Shown: positions 46,139 to 55,943, counted from the first letter of the stretch. The stretch: 57,149 nucleotides of DNA from an uncultured Spirochaetaceae bacterium (GCA_944392705.1 CALXXO010000001.1:1-57149); one strand, 5' to 3'. The notes: generated by a model from the letters alone, not told the origin. Made by a program: numbers and translations.

Positions 46139-47488
46139 ATGGAAAGAGAAGAAAACATAATGGGCTATGAGTCCATTCCAAAGCTTATCGCGAAACTTTC
46201 ATTGCCATTGATGCTCTCGATGCTGATTCAGGCTCTTTACAATGTAGTTGACAGCATTTTCGTAGCAAGGGTATCTGAGACTGCCTTGACTGCTGTATCA
46301 CTAGCCTACCCTCTGCAGAGCCTCATGATTGCATTCGGAATCGGCACCGCAGTCGGTGTGAATTCCTACCTTGCACGCAAGCTTGGCGAGAAGAAACATG
46401 ATGAAGCGGAAGCCGCTGCAGACAATGGCCTTTTTCTTGCAATCCTGACCTGGATAGGTTTTACCATATTCGGATTGATAGGCACAAAGCCATTCATCTC
46501 CCTTTTCACAGATGATCCGGAACTTCTCGGATTGACAACTGAATATGCGACAATCTGTCTTGTGTTCTCTTTCGGAATCTTCATAGATATAACAGCAGAA
46601 AGAATAATGCAGGCAACCGGAGACTCCGTACACCCGATGATTGCACAGTCTCTCGGCGCCATAACGAACATAATTCTCGACCCTGTTTTCATCTTCGGAT
46701 TCAACATGAGCGTGAAAGGAGCGGCGATTGCAACGGTCATCGGGCAGATTGTATCGATGGTTGCAGCGCTCATATTCGTTAGGAAAAACAAGTATATTTC
46801 GCTTCACCTGAGTCTCAAGGGCTTCAGGCCATCTGGAAGAATCATAAAGGAAATCTACGCTGTCGGCGTTCCTACGATAATAATGAACAGTGTCGGTACA
46901 GTCAGTGTAAGCGCCATGAATTCCATCCTGATTGCATTCACTTCCACTGCAGTCTCCGTCCTCGGAGTCTACTTCAAGCTCCAGTCATTCATCTTCATGC
47001 CTGTATTCGGACTGCAGAATGGAATGATTCCTATCATCGCATACAACTATGGTGCAGGAAGAAGGAGAAGGATGATGGCCACGCTCAAAACAGGCGCAAT
47101 GATTGCTGTTGCGATAATGATTCTCGGCTTCCTGCTGTTCCAGCTCGCCCCGGCATTCCTTCTCTCGCTCTTTGCAGCTTCTGAGGAGATGACTGCAATA
47201 GGTGTAATAGCGCTTCGTCTCATCTCAATCTGCTTCATACCTGCAGCAATATCGATAAGCCTTACATCAGTATTCCAGGCAACAGGCGTAGGATACGCTT
47301 CGATGATTGTCTCAATAGTCAGGCAGATAGCCGTCCTTCTGCCAGTTGCATGGTTCCTGTCAGCAACAGGAATCCTCGATAATGTATGGTTTTCGTTCGG
47401 AATTGCCGAATGTTTCGGCCTTACTCTTTCCATAGTATTCTTCATTTATGTATATAGAAAGAAGGTAAAAGCTGTACCAGAAGGCTGA
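46139..47488 (+). CDS. MATE-family efflux transporter (paralog 4)
   Basis: 449-aa 12-TM ORF (IPKLIAKLSLPLMLSMLIQALYNVVDSIFV). The start could also be the ATG at 46160. Confidence 0.85.
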   Translation: MEREENIMGYESIPKLIAKLSLPLMLSMLIQALYNVVDSIFVARVSETALTAVSLAYPLQSLMIAFGIGTAVGVNSYLARKLGEKKHDEAEAAADNGLFLAILTWIGFTIFGLIGTKPFISLFTDDPELLGLTTEYATICLVFSFGIFIDITAERIMQATGDSVHPMIAQSLGAITNIILDPVFIFGFNMSVKGAAIATVIGQIVSMVAALIFVRKNKYISLHLSLKGFRPSGRIIKEIYAVGVPTIIMNSVGTVSVSAMNSILIAFTSTAVSVLGVYFKLQSFIFMPVFGLQNGMIPIIAYNYGAGRRRRMMATLKTGAMIAVAIMILGFLLFQLAPAFLLSLFAASEEMTAIGVIALRLISICFIPAAISISLTSVFQATGVGYASMIVSIVRQIAVLLPVAWFLSATGILDNVWFSFGIAECFGLTLSIVFFIYVYRKKVKAVPEG

Positions 47489-47511
47489 CATTCAATTTTC
47501 ATGCAAAATAA

Positions 47512-47540
47512 TTGACAGAATTATGCATAAATATTAATGT
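47512..47540 (+). promoter_or_regulatory. candidate promoter TTGACA-17-TAATGT
   Basis: A perfect -35 hexamer at 47512-47517 and a weak -10 at 47535-47540, about 25 nt upstream of the SBP gene ATG. Confidence 0.35.
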
Positions 47541-47563
47541 TGTTCGTAACAAGAGGTAATAAA

Positions 47564-48316
47564 ATGAAAAAATATGCAATTATCTTTGCTCTCATGCTTA
47601 TCCCTATGATGCTCTTCGCAAATGGTGCTCAGGAGGAGAAGAGCGAATATGTATTCGCAACCGATGCTACATGGCCACCATTTGAGTATATAGATGAGAA
47701 TGGCAACCTCACAGGTTTCGAGGTAGAGCTCGTTCCGATGATTGGGGAAGCTGTCGGCAAGACATTCATCGTACAGAACATCCCATGGGACACAATCTTC
47801 GCAGGTCTCAGGAATGGCCAGTATGATGGTGTTGCATCCGGTGTAACAATCACAGAGGAGAGAAAGGCGACAATCGACTTCTCCACACCGATTAATAATC
47901 AGGGGCAGGTTCTTATCATACCTACAGCATCTGCAGATACAATCAAGAGCATAAATGACCTTCCAGAAGGTGCTAAGGTTGGCGTCCAGATTGGAACAAC
48001 TGGCGACTTCGCTCTCGAGGAGTATCCTGTAGAAATCAGAAGGTACGATGACATCGGTCTTGCTATCGAGGATATGCTCAATGGAAACCTTCAGGGTGCC
48101 GTCTGCGATTCCCTCATCGCTTCCGACTTCGTCCTCAAGAACGAGAACTATGCAGATCTCCTTACGGTAGCTGGTGAACCATTCACATCAGAAGAGATTG
48201 CAATTGGTGTCCAGAAGGGAAACACAGAACTTCTCAATCTCATCAACGAAGGCCTTCAGATTCTCATGGACAATGGAGAGTTCGATGCGCTCAAGGATAA
48301 GTGGGGAATCATCTGA
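47564..48316 (+). CDS. polar amino-acid ABC transporter substrate-binding protein
   Basis: Signal peptide MKKYAIIFALMLIPMMLFANG, then a family-3 SBP pattern (ATDATWPPFEY, GFEVEL, YDGVASGVTITEER). Confidence 0.85.
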   Translation: MKKYAIIFALMLIPMMLFANGAQEEKSEYVFATDATWPPFEYIDENGNLTGFEVELVPMIGEAVGKTFIVQNIPWDTIFAGLRNGQYDGVASGVTITEERKATIDFSTPINNQGQVLIIPTASADTIKSINDLPEGAKVGVQIGTTGDFALEEYPVEIRRYDDIGLAIEDMLNGNLQGAVCDSLIASDFVLKNENYADLLTVAGEPFTSEEIAIGVQKGNTELLNLINEGLQILMDNGEFDALKDKWGII

Positions 48317-48335
48317 TAACCCAACCTTCAATCAC

Positions 48336-48365
48336 AAGGGTCTCAATCTGAGGCCCTTAATTTTT
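48336..48365 (+). terminator. rho-independent terminator/attenuator after the SBP gene
   Basis: 9-bp stem AAGGGTCTC-aatct-GAGGCCCTT (one G-U pair) followed by aaTTTTT. It ends 9 nt before the next ATG. Confidence 0.7.
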
Positions 48366-48373
48366 AAGGACAG

Positions 48374-49222
48374 ATGATGAACGCAATAGCAATGGCAATA
48401 CTGGCAGCAGCCCTTTATGCCATCAATACTCCATTATCGAAAATACTTCTGGGTGAAATAGGAAGCTCAATGCTTGCTGGCCTTCTTTACCTCGGAACCG
48501 GAATCGGGATGCTCGGGATATGGCTTCCATCGAAGAAATCAAAGGAGAGGAATCTGACCAAAAAGGACCTGCCCTACACTGTCGGAATGGTCGTCCTCGA
48601 TATCGCAGCACCGATTTTCATGATGATGGGACTACAGTCCACTACAGCAGCGAATGCATCGCTTCTGAACAATTTCGAGATAGTGGCAACTTCTGTCATT
48701 GCACTCCTTGTATTTCACGAGAAAATAGGCAAGAAACTATGGGTGGCAATAGTCCTCATTTCAATCGCAAGCATTCTTCTGTCAATAGAAGGAGAAGAAA
48801 GCTTCCAGTTTTCCTCGGGTTCGATACTTGTGCTCCTTGCCTGTGTCTCCTGGGGTCTTGAGAACAACTGCACTAGGATGATTTCAAACAGCAATCCGCA
48901 GGAGATTGTCGTAATCAAAGGACTGGGAGCGGGAATCGGCGCAATCCTGATAGCCGTAATCACGGGAGAGTCGTTTCCTGATCTTCACATCGCAATAATA
49001 GCAATGCTCCTCGGCTTCGCATCCTATGGGCTTAGCGTCTTCTTCTACGTCTATGCCCAGAGGTACCTTGGAGCGGCAAGGACAAGCGCATACTACGCCC
49101 TTTCCCCTTTCATCGGAGCAGGTTTGTCCTTCATCATATTCTCCGAGCTTCCATCAATGATGTACATCATCGCCCTTGCCGTGATGGTTGTAGGAGCAGT
49201 CCTTGCTGCAAATACCGATTAA
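48374..49222 (+). CDS. DMT/EamA-family transporter
   Basis: 282-aa 10-TM ORF with two EamA-like halves. Confidence 0.8.
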   Translation: MMNAIAMAILAAALYAINTPLSKILLGEIGSSMLAGLLYLGTGIGMLGIWLPSKKSKERNLTKKDLPYTVGMVVLDIAAPIFMMMGLQSTTAANASLLNNFEIVATSVIALLVFHEKIGKKLWVAIVLISIASILLSIEGEESFQFSSGSILVLLACVSWGLENNCTRMISNSNPQEIVVIKGLGAGIGAILIAVITGESFPDLHIAIIAMLLGFASYGLSVFFYVYAQRYLGAARTSAYYALSPFIGAGLSFIIFSELPSMMYIIALAVMVVGAVLAANTD

Positions 49223-49324
49223 TACTTGATTTTATGCATTCCACCCCTTGCAAATGCATATTTATTCTGATTTCAGTTGACTAAAACTGCAAGTTTATAC
49301 AAGATGGTTTTATTGGAATAGACT

Positions 49325-50182
49325 ATGGATAGCAAGGAAATAGAAGAAAGAATAAAAGCTGAAGCAATAAAGCAGCATACGATTTCCGTCGATCCGAATG
49401 CAGGTAAAGAAAAGAATACGACAATAAACATGACAGATGGCGTATTGATCCCAAAGAAGGGAGAGAAACACGTCTTCACATCATGGCGTCTTACCTTCTT
49501 CGGCGCACTGATATTATCGGCAGTGCTGATCATATTCTTCCCCGATCCATACAGGCAGATATTCATAACCTGTCTCAGAGGAGCACCTGTCACATTCGAA
49601 GTGACGGTATTCTCTATAATCGGGGCTGTAATAATAGGAACATTCACAGGACTGGGATCTGTCTCTAAGCGTCGCTGGATAAACATGATCTGCGGCGTGT
49701 ATGTCGAGCTTATAAGAGGAATACCACTGCTTGTACAGCTCATCTTCATCTACTATGCAGTGGGCTCTCTTTTCCATGTAGAGGGCATGATAGCCGCAAT
49801 ATTCTCCCTCTCAGTCTGCTTCGGTGCATACATGGGAGAGATTGTCAGGGCGGGCATCCAGGCAATCCCGAAGGGACAGATGGAAGCCGCGATAGCCCTT
49901 GGGCTCACAAGAGGACAGGCTTTCAGATATATCATCCTGCCACAGACAGTGAAAGTGATTCTTCCTGCAATAGGCAATGAGTTCATATCGATGCTCAAGG
50001 ATTCATCTCTGGTATCGGTGCTCTCGCTCGAAGACATACTGCGCTGCGGAAGAATGTATATCTCTAGGACATTCCTCTCGCTTGAGACGATGCTTGTAGT
50101 AGCACTTATCTATCTGATCATAACCCTCGTGCTGTCCAGACTTGTAGGACTGTTGGAGGAAAGGCTGCATAAAAATGGCTAA
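49325..50182 (+). CDS. polar amino-acid ABC transporter permease with a ~70-aa N-terminal extension
   Basis: HisM/GlnP-type core ([38 protein letters not shown]) preceded by a hydrophilic segment and one extra TM. Confidence 0.85.
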   Translation: MDSKEIEERIKAEAIKQHTISVDPNAGKEKNTTINMTDGVLIPKKGEKHVFTSWRLTFFGALILSAVLIIFFPDPYRQIFITCLRGAPVTFEVTVFSIIGAVIIGTFTGLGSVSKRRWINMICGVYVELIRGIPLLVQLIFIYYAVGSLFHVEGMIAAIFSLSVCFGAYMGEIVRAGIQAIPKGQMEAAIALGLTRGQAFRYIILPQTVKVILPAIGNEFISMLKDSSLVSVLSLEDILRCGRMYISRTFLSLETMLVVALIYLIITLVLSRLVGLLEERLHKNG

Positions 50183-50915
50183 GATTGAAATACAGAATCT
50201 CTCTAAGGATTTCGATACACCTAACGGAGTGCTTCATGCCGTGAAGAACACATCGCTTACCGTCAACGATGGAGAAGTGGTTGTAATCATAGGGCCATCG
50301 GGCTCCGGGAAGTCGACGATGCTCCGCTGTGTAAACGGACTTGAGAAACCTACATCAGGGCACATTCTCATCGATGGAGTGGATACAACAGATCAAGCTA
50401 CAGATATAAGGAAAATCAGGGAAGACGTCGGAATGGTCTTCCAGTCCTTCAACCTCTTTCCGCATCTTACGGTTCTGGACAATATAACACTGGCTCCGAT
50501 GAAGGTTAAGAAGATGAAGAAGGAAGATGCTGAGAAACTCGGGCTCGAACTGCTGAAGCGCGTAGGACTCGAAGAGAAGGCCAGTGTCCATCCCCCACAG
50601 CTTTCAGGTGGACAGCAGCAGCGTGTGGCGATAGCAAGAGCGCTTGCAATGAATCCGAAAGCAATGCTCTTCGATGAGCCTACATCCGCACTCGATCCTG
50701 AAATGATCAAGGAAGTACTGGATGTAATGCTCGCTCTCGCAAAAGATGGAATGACAATGCTGCTAGTAACCCACGAAATGGGTTTTGCCAGAGCTGCCGC
50801 TGATAAAGTTGTCTTCATGGACAATGGTGAGATAATCGAGACAGGCACACCGGAAAAGATGTTCACATCCCCGGAAAGCGATAGGACAAAGGATTTCCTG
50901 AATCACATTCTCTGA
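50175..50915 (+). CDS. polar amino-acid ABC transporter ATP-binding protein
   Basis: [24 protein letters not shown] and [11 protein letters not shown] motifs. It overlaps the permease gene by 8 nt. Confidence 0.9.
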   Translation: MAKIEIQNLSKDFDTPNGVLHAVKNTSLTVNDGEVVVIIGPSGSGKSTMLRCVNGLEKPTSGHILIDGVDTTDQATDIRKIREDVGMVFQSFNLFPHLTVLDNITLAPMKVKKMKKEDAEKLGLELLKRVGLEEKASVHPPQLSGGQQQRVAIARALAMNPKAMLFDEPTSALDPEMIKEVLDVMLALAKDGMTMLLVTHEMGFARAAADKVVFMDNGEIIETGTPEKMFTSPESDRTKDFLNHIL

Positions 50916-51448
50916 AAAGACTCCAGGCTTCTGGAAACCATCTCAATGAGCTCTGCGGAAATATCCGTGGAGCTTTTTTCCATTCCGCTCTTGAGCCATG
51001 CTCCAAAGACCGCAACAGCGCCGCCGGAGATGAATATGGAAACGAGATCTTTCTTTCCATTGGACATGGACGAGTACTGAGCATCTGCATCAAGATACAT
51101 TCTCATCATCTTCCTCATCTTCTCCTTGAAAAGCTCAGCTATCTCATCGCTTTCGGAGGAATGATTCAGAGAAAGGACAAACGAACGGTTCAAAGCCGTA
51201 TACCCTACCATCTGGGGAATCACGGAATCCCAGTGTCCTTCATTCCCGATTATTCTTGAAATCTCACTATCGAAAATCCAGGAAATAAGATCCCTCACTC
51301 CTGTAAAATGATAGTAAAAAGTATGTCTGTCATAACCTGCGGCCGCAGCTATGTCCTTTACTGTCACGCGCTTGGAAGGGTTTGGAGACTGTAGTTTCTT
51401 GTATGCTTCTGCAAATGCTTTCTTTGTTCTGTCCTCTTCTCTTTCCAT
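50903..51448 (-). CDS. TetR-family regulator (DhaS-like C-terminal domain)
   Basis: HTH region [22 protein letters not shown] chose the ATG at 51448 ([12 protein letters not shown]) over the track TTG start. No SD is visible. Confidence 0.7.
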   Translation of the reverse strand: MEREEDRTKKAFAEAYKKLQSPNPSKRVTVKDIAAAAGYDRHTFYYHFTGVRDLISWIFDSEISRIIGNEGHWDSVIPQMVGYTALNRSFVLSLNHSSESDEIAELFKEKMRKMMRMYLDADAQYSSMSNGKKDLVSIFISGGAVAVFGAWLKSGMEKSSTDISAELIEMVSRSLESFQRM

Positions 51449-51490
51449 ATGAGAAGTATCATAAATGGAAAGAGAAAAAGGCAAGTCTAA

Positions 51491-53851
51491 TCATACGAAA
51501 CCCAACACCAGCCCTATAACGTGCACAGCAAACGCTGCAAGCCATGCAACTACGCACTGCAGGACCACAACTCCGAAAGCCCATCTTCTTCCAAGCTCCC
51601 TCCTGACTGTAGCTATAGCAGCCACGCATGGGGTGTAGAGAAGAGTGAAGATAAGGAAGCTGAATGCTGTGAATGGTGTAAAGAGCGTTGAGAGTACAGC
51701 AGAGGTTCCTCCAAGAAGGACAGTAAGGGTACTTACCACGCTTTCCTTCGCGGTGAAGCCTGTTATGAGAGCAGTTGAGATTCTCCAATCATCGAAGCCA
51801 AGCGGCCTGAAAAGCGGGGCAATCAGGGAGCCGATGGCGGCAAGCATACTGTCGGAAGAGTCTACAACCGGATTCAACCTTATATCAAAGGACTGGAAGA
51901 ACCAGATTATCAGAGTGGCTGCGAAGATTATCGTGAATGCCCTTGTGACAAAATCCTTTGTCTTCTCCCAGATAAGCTGCAGAACGGTCCTTGCGCTCGG
52001 CATCCTGTAATTCGGAAGCTCAAGTACAAAAGGAACAGGATTGCCCTTGAATCCTGTATGCTTCAGGATAAGCGACATAGCAATCCCCATGACTATTCCT
52101 ATGACGTAGAGAAGAATCATGACGAGAGCACCGTAATCTGGGAAAAATGCGTATGTGAACATTGCATAGATAGGCAGCTTAGCGGAGCACGACATAAAAG
52201 GAACCAGCAGAATGGTCATCTTCCTGTCCCTCTCCGAAGAGAGCGTTCTTGTCGCCATGATAGCAGGAACAGAGCATCCGAAGCCTATCAGCATAGGAAC
52301 GAAACTTCGCCCAGACAAACCAATCTTTCGAAGGAGCTTATCCATTACGAATGAAACTCTTGCCATATATCCGCTGTCCTCGAGTATGGACAGGAAGAAG
52401 AAGAGCACCACGATAATTGGAAGGAAGGACAACACGCTTCCCACCCCTGTAAACACACCATCTATAATCAATGACTGGACTATAGGATTGAGGCCGTATG
52501 CTGTCAAAGCACTGTCGACAACGGCTGTAAGCTTCTCGATACCAAGGGACAGCAGATCGGAGAGGAAAGAACCTACAGGTCCGAATGTGAGGTAGAAAAC
52601 TGCTGCCATAATAAGGATGAAAGCAGGAATAGCAGTGTATTTTCCTGTAAGGATCTTATCAGCTTTCAATGACCTGAGACGCTCTTTGGATTCATGAGGT
52701 TTGACTACACTTTCCTCGCATACCCTCTCGATGAACCGGAATCTGGCATCCGCAAGGGCGGCGTCTCGGTCAGTCCCGCTCTCCGTCTCCAGCTGCTTGA
52801 GAATATGTTCCAGAGTCTCTTTCTCGTTCTCATCCAGGGAAAGGGCCTTCATTATAGGCTCATCTCCCTCAATAAGCTTGGATGCCGCGAATCTGACAGG
52901 AATCCCTGCCCTCTCCGCATGATCCTGGATCAGGTGCATTATCGCATGGAGCGAACGATGAATGGCTACATCCTTCACAGAGCCATCAGCTGGGCAGAAA
53001 TCCTTGAGTCCCGGAGATTCCTTGAATCTGGCAACGTGTATGGCGTGCTTTACAAGCTCCTCGACACCTTCGTTCTTTGCCGCAGATATAGGGACAACAG
53101 CAACACCAAGGCTCTCCTCAAGCTGGTTGACATCTATTGTTCCGCCGTTCTCCCTTACCTCATCCATCATGTTAAGTGCGATTACAATAGGCCTGTCCAG
53201 TTCAATGAGCTGCATGGTAAGGTAGAGGTTGCGTTCGATATTCGTAGCGTCGACTATGTTTATGATACCATCCGGCTTTCCATTGAGGATGAAATTCCTG
53301 GATACAATCTCCTCAGTGGTATAAGGAGAGAGCGAATAGATTCCAGGAAGATCTACTACACTGGCATCCTCATGTCCACGAATCTTTCCAGCTTTGCTAT
53401 CAACAGTGACTCCGGGGAAATTGCCAACGTGCTGATTGGATCCTGTAAGCTGATTGAATAATGTTGTCTTTCCACAATTCTGATTACCTGCAAGCGCAAA
53501 TACAATCTCAGTTGATTCGGGAATCAGAGGTTTATCACCAGGTTTATGAGTCTCGAATTCACCGACATGAGGATGCTGAATCATCTTATGCTCTGCAACC
53601 TTTTTCTTGGGCTTTGGAGCTTCAGCCATCTCACAGGTTATTCTTGCTGCATCTTCTTTGCGAAGCGTCAGCTCATACCCTCTGATGAATATTTCAAGAG
53701 GATCTCCCATCGGAGCCTTCTTAACAAGCGTTACTACAGTATCAGGAGTAAGTCCCATATCCAGGAAATGACGACGAAGTGCTGCATCGCCGGAGACAGT
53801 GAGAATCCTGGCACTCTCACCTATTTTCAGGTTATCCAAAGTCATAGTCAT
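51491..53851 (-). CDS. feoB: ferrous iron transporter, FeoA-FeoB fusion
   Basis: The N-terminal ~75 aa are FeoA-like (LKIGESARILTV...GDPLEIFIRGYELTLRKEDAARI). A His-containing linker follows, then the FeoB G-domain (GNQNCGKTTLFN) and the polytopic C-terminal domain. Confidence 0.9.
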   Translation of the reverse strand: MTMTLDNLKIGESARILTVSGDAALRRHFLDMGLTPDTVVTLVKKAPMGDPLEIFIRGYELTLRKEDAARITCEMAEAPKPKKKVAEHKMIQHPHVGEFETHKPGDKPLIPESTEIVFALAGNQNCGKTTLFNQLTGSNQHVGNFPGVTVDSKAGKIRGHEDASVVDLPGIYSLSPYTTEEIVSRNFILNGKPDGIINIVDATNIERNLYLTMQLIELDRPIVIALNMMDEVRENGGTIDVNQLEESLGVAVVPISAAKNEGVEELVKHAIHVARFKESPGLKDFCPADGSVKDVAIHRSLHAIMHLIQDHAERAGIPVRFAASKLIEGDEPIMKALSLDENEKETLEHILKQLETESGTDRDAALADARFRFIERVCEESVVKPHESKERLRSLKADKILTGKYTAIPAFILIMAAVFYLTFGPVGSFLSDLLSLGIEKLTAVVDSALTAYGLNPIVQSLIIDGVFTGVGSVLSFLPIIVVLFFFLSILEDSGYMARVSFVMDKLLRKIGLSGRSFVPMLIGFGCSVPAIMATRTLSSERDRKMTILLVPFMSCSAKLPIYAMFTYAFFPDYGALVMILLYVIGIVMGIAMSLILKHTGFKGNPVPFVLELPNYRMPSARTVLQLIWEKTKDFVTRAFTIIFAATLIIWFFQSFDIRLNPVVDSSDSMLAAIGSLIAPLFRPLGFDDWRISTALITGFTAKESVVSTLTVLLGGTSAVLSTLFTPFTAFSFLIFTLLYTPCVAAIATVRRELGRRWAFGVVVLQCVVAWLAAFAVHVIGLVLGFV

Positions 53852-54003
53852 AGCTCTCCGCAGGAATTATAGCGCCATGGCCAAAGCTGTTCTACCGGAT
53901 GCGGAGAATCAGTGCTTGTATGTTGATTAACAAAGTAAATCTAACTGTCCACTTTCCCCTATCCAAAAAGCTACGGGCAAGATACAATTCCGGTGGGGGT
54001 ATT

Positions 54004-55653
54004 ATGAGAACCTTAAGAAAACTCGCAATCGCAGTCCTCGTCGTATTTACGGCAATGAGCTGCACTCAGTACCAGATTATCCCATACCCATTTCCAGACG
54101 GGGGGGGGTATAACGACTCAATAGACGTCAGCACAGCCGCAGACCTCGTTTCCGCAGTCCTCAAAGCTCAGAACGGAGACGTAATCAGGTCAAATGACGT
54201 CACAGTTCCAAGCTCGCTTCTCGGCGTCATGGACATTTCGAAAAACATCACAATCACCGGCAATATAACGGTTACAAATGAAATGTCCGCCTATAGTCTA
54301 GGAAACGTCGCTGCAAGCGAAATGAAGACAACAGGAACAGGCAATCCGCTTTTCACTGTCACAGATGGAGCCATCGTAGATTTCTCCGGTCTCCATGTGA
54401 ATGTTTTGGATACGGTAACAAACCTAATCTCAGCGGTCGTTGACGTACAAAGTGGCGGTATCAAGGCAAATGGATTCAACGTTACAGCAAGCAGTAGTGC
54501 AACTGTAACAGGTGTATACATTGGTGCTTCGGTTTCTGCGAAGAATGTTAACATTACAGCATCGGCAATCATCGTTAGCATTGATGCCGCTAATGAGGAT
54601 GCCCCAACAATTGCGGAGACAATCAAGAATGAAGTAACAACTGCTACCCTTCCATATGACGCAAGCACGCCAGAGGAATTCGATTCCCTTCTTAAAGAGT
54701 ACGGCAAGGTAAGGCTTATGCAGGATATCACTATCACATCGTTCTCATACACGGAAGCTGGTGAGTATGATATCTACCTGAATGAGAAAACACTCACGTT
54801 CAATATACCTGGAACCACAAATACAGAAGCAACGACACAAATCAACACAGGTACGACCGTTGCTTTCTATAATGGAACCATGGATCTCAGATTCTCTGGA
54901 ACACCTAGCTCAAGAGGGCATCTTGCACTGACAGATGGTTCAACGCTCATATTGGATAAGGTAATAATGACAGCTGAAAGAGATGCAATCAATACAACCG
55001 CTGCAAATTGCACTCTGGAAGTCCGCAATGGTTCATCAATCACTTCTACTGGGGGCTCTTTTGCAATTGCTACCAACGCCAGCAATCCGCCATACAATGT
55101 TACGATAAATCTATCTGATTCCACATTCGATGCGCCTTTTACAGCAATATGTGTAAATATTGATGCAAATCTCACCATGACGAGATGCAAGGCAAGCAGT
55201 AATCATGTTGCTGTACTTGTACGTGGAGGAACAGCAAAATTCGAGGATTGTGAATTCTCCTCAAGAGGTCTTGTCGATATTGAAGGAGAAGATGGACGCA
55301 CAGATCTCGGATATCGTTTTGAGACAGTCTGGGGCAGTGGAACATTCGTATCATACGCAACATTAGTAGTGGGTAATACATTATCAACTGCATATAAATA
55401 TGACACCTCTGTAGAGCTCATCAACACAACGCTCGACATGACTATCAATCCAGGCAAGAACGACAAAGCCAAAACACTCTTTGTCGGAAGCGTAGGTGAA
55501 TACAGTGCCACACTCAAGACAGACAACGAAAGCCAGGCTGATTATGTCAGGAATGGTGCTTATATGGGACCGAATTGCATTGTAGAGTGCAACGGAACAA
55601 CCTATGAGCTAGCTGAAAAGACTATCGGTGAAGCTGTAGCTCCTTACAATTGA
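54004..55653 (+). CDS. surface/periplasmic lipoprotein with parallel beta-helix-like repeats
   Basis: The ATG at 54004 follows ggtggggg. The lipobox is MRTLRKLAIAVLVVFTAMSC. Repetitive N-[IV]-T-rich strands (NITITGNITVTN, NVTASSSATVTG, NVNITASAIIVS, NVTINLSDSTF) resemble PbH1 repeats. Confidence 0.7.
   Translation: MRTLRKLAIAVLVVFTAMSCTQYQIIPYPFPDGGGYNDSIDVSTAADLVSAVLKAQNGDVIRSNDVTVPSSLLGVMDISKNITITGNITVTNEMSAYSLGNVAASEMKTTGTGNPLFTVTDGAIVDFSGLHVNVLDTVTNLISAVVDVQSGGIKANGFNVTASSSATVTGVYIGASVSAKNVNITASAIIVSIDAANEDAPTIAETIKNEVTTATLPYDASTPEEFDSLLKEYGKVRLMQDITITSFSYTEAGEYDIYLNEKTLTFNIPGTTNTEATTQINTGTTVAFYNGTMDLRFSGTPSSRGHLALTDGSTLILDKVIMTAERDAINTTAANCTLEVRNGSSITSTGGSFAIATNASNPPYNVTINLSDSTFDAPFTAICVNIDANLTMTRCKASSNHVAVLVRGGTAKFEDCEFSSRGLVDIEGEDGRTDLGYRFETVWGSGTFVSYATLVVGNTLSTAYKYDTSVELINTTLDMTINPGKNDKAKTLFVGSVGEYSATLKTDNESQADYVRNGAYMGPNCIVECNGTTYELAEKTIGEAVAPYN
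54095..54103 (+). repeat. G9 homopolymeric tract inside the lipoprotein CDS (codons 31-33, GGG GGG GGG)
   Basis: Read directly: ccagacGGGGGGGGGtataac. It is the longest homopolymer I noticed inside a CDS in this window. Confidence 0.95.
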
Positions 55654-55674
55654 TTCAGATTATCGAAATACCAG

Positions 55675-55704
55675 GGCCACGTGAGCGATTCTCGTGGCCT
55701 TTTA
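55675..55704 (+). terminator. rho-independent terminator of the lipoprotein gene
   Basis: GGCCACG-tgagcgattct-CGTGGCC followed by TTTT. Confidence 0.7.
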
Positions 55705-55943
55705 TATTCAATTAACATTGGTCTTTATATGCCCTTGATTACTTCTATAGAGGAAAAAAGAGTACAACCAATTAAAACTTTTACTTCCCCTCGTACGGAA
55801 TCTACAAGAATCTGTACATCCTCTTCATTATCAAGCCCAAGATTTTCTGCGAGACCAGAAAATGCATTCTGAGCTTTTAGAAGAGCGTTTGCAGAATTAT
55901 TGCTTAGTACAATTCCTCCTCCATTATGTTCATGAAAAAGAGC

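Noticed and set aside
52694-53461. 255-aa plus-strand ORF
   Set aside because: It is antisense to the FeoB G-domain region, which has unambiguous motifs on the minus strand.
53852-54003. Fur box upstream of feoAB
   Set aside because: The only AT-rich candidate (tgttgattaacaaag) is not a proper dyad and matches the GATAATGATAATCATTATC consensus poorly.
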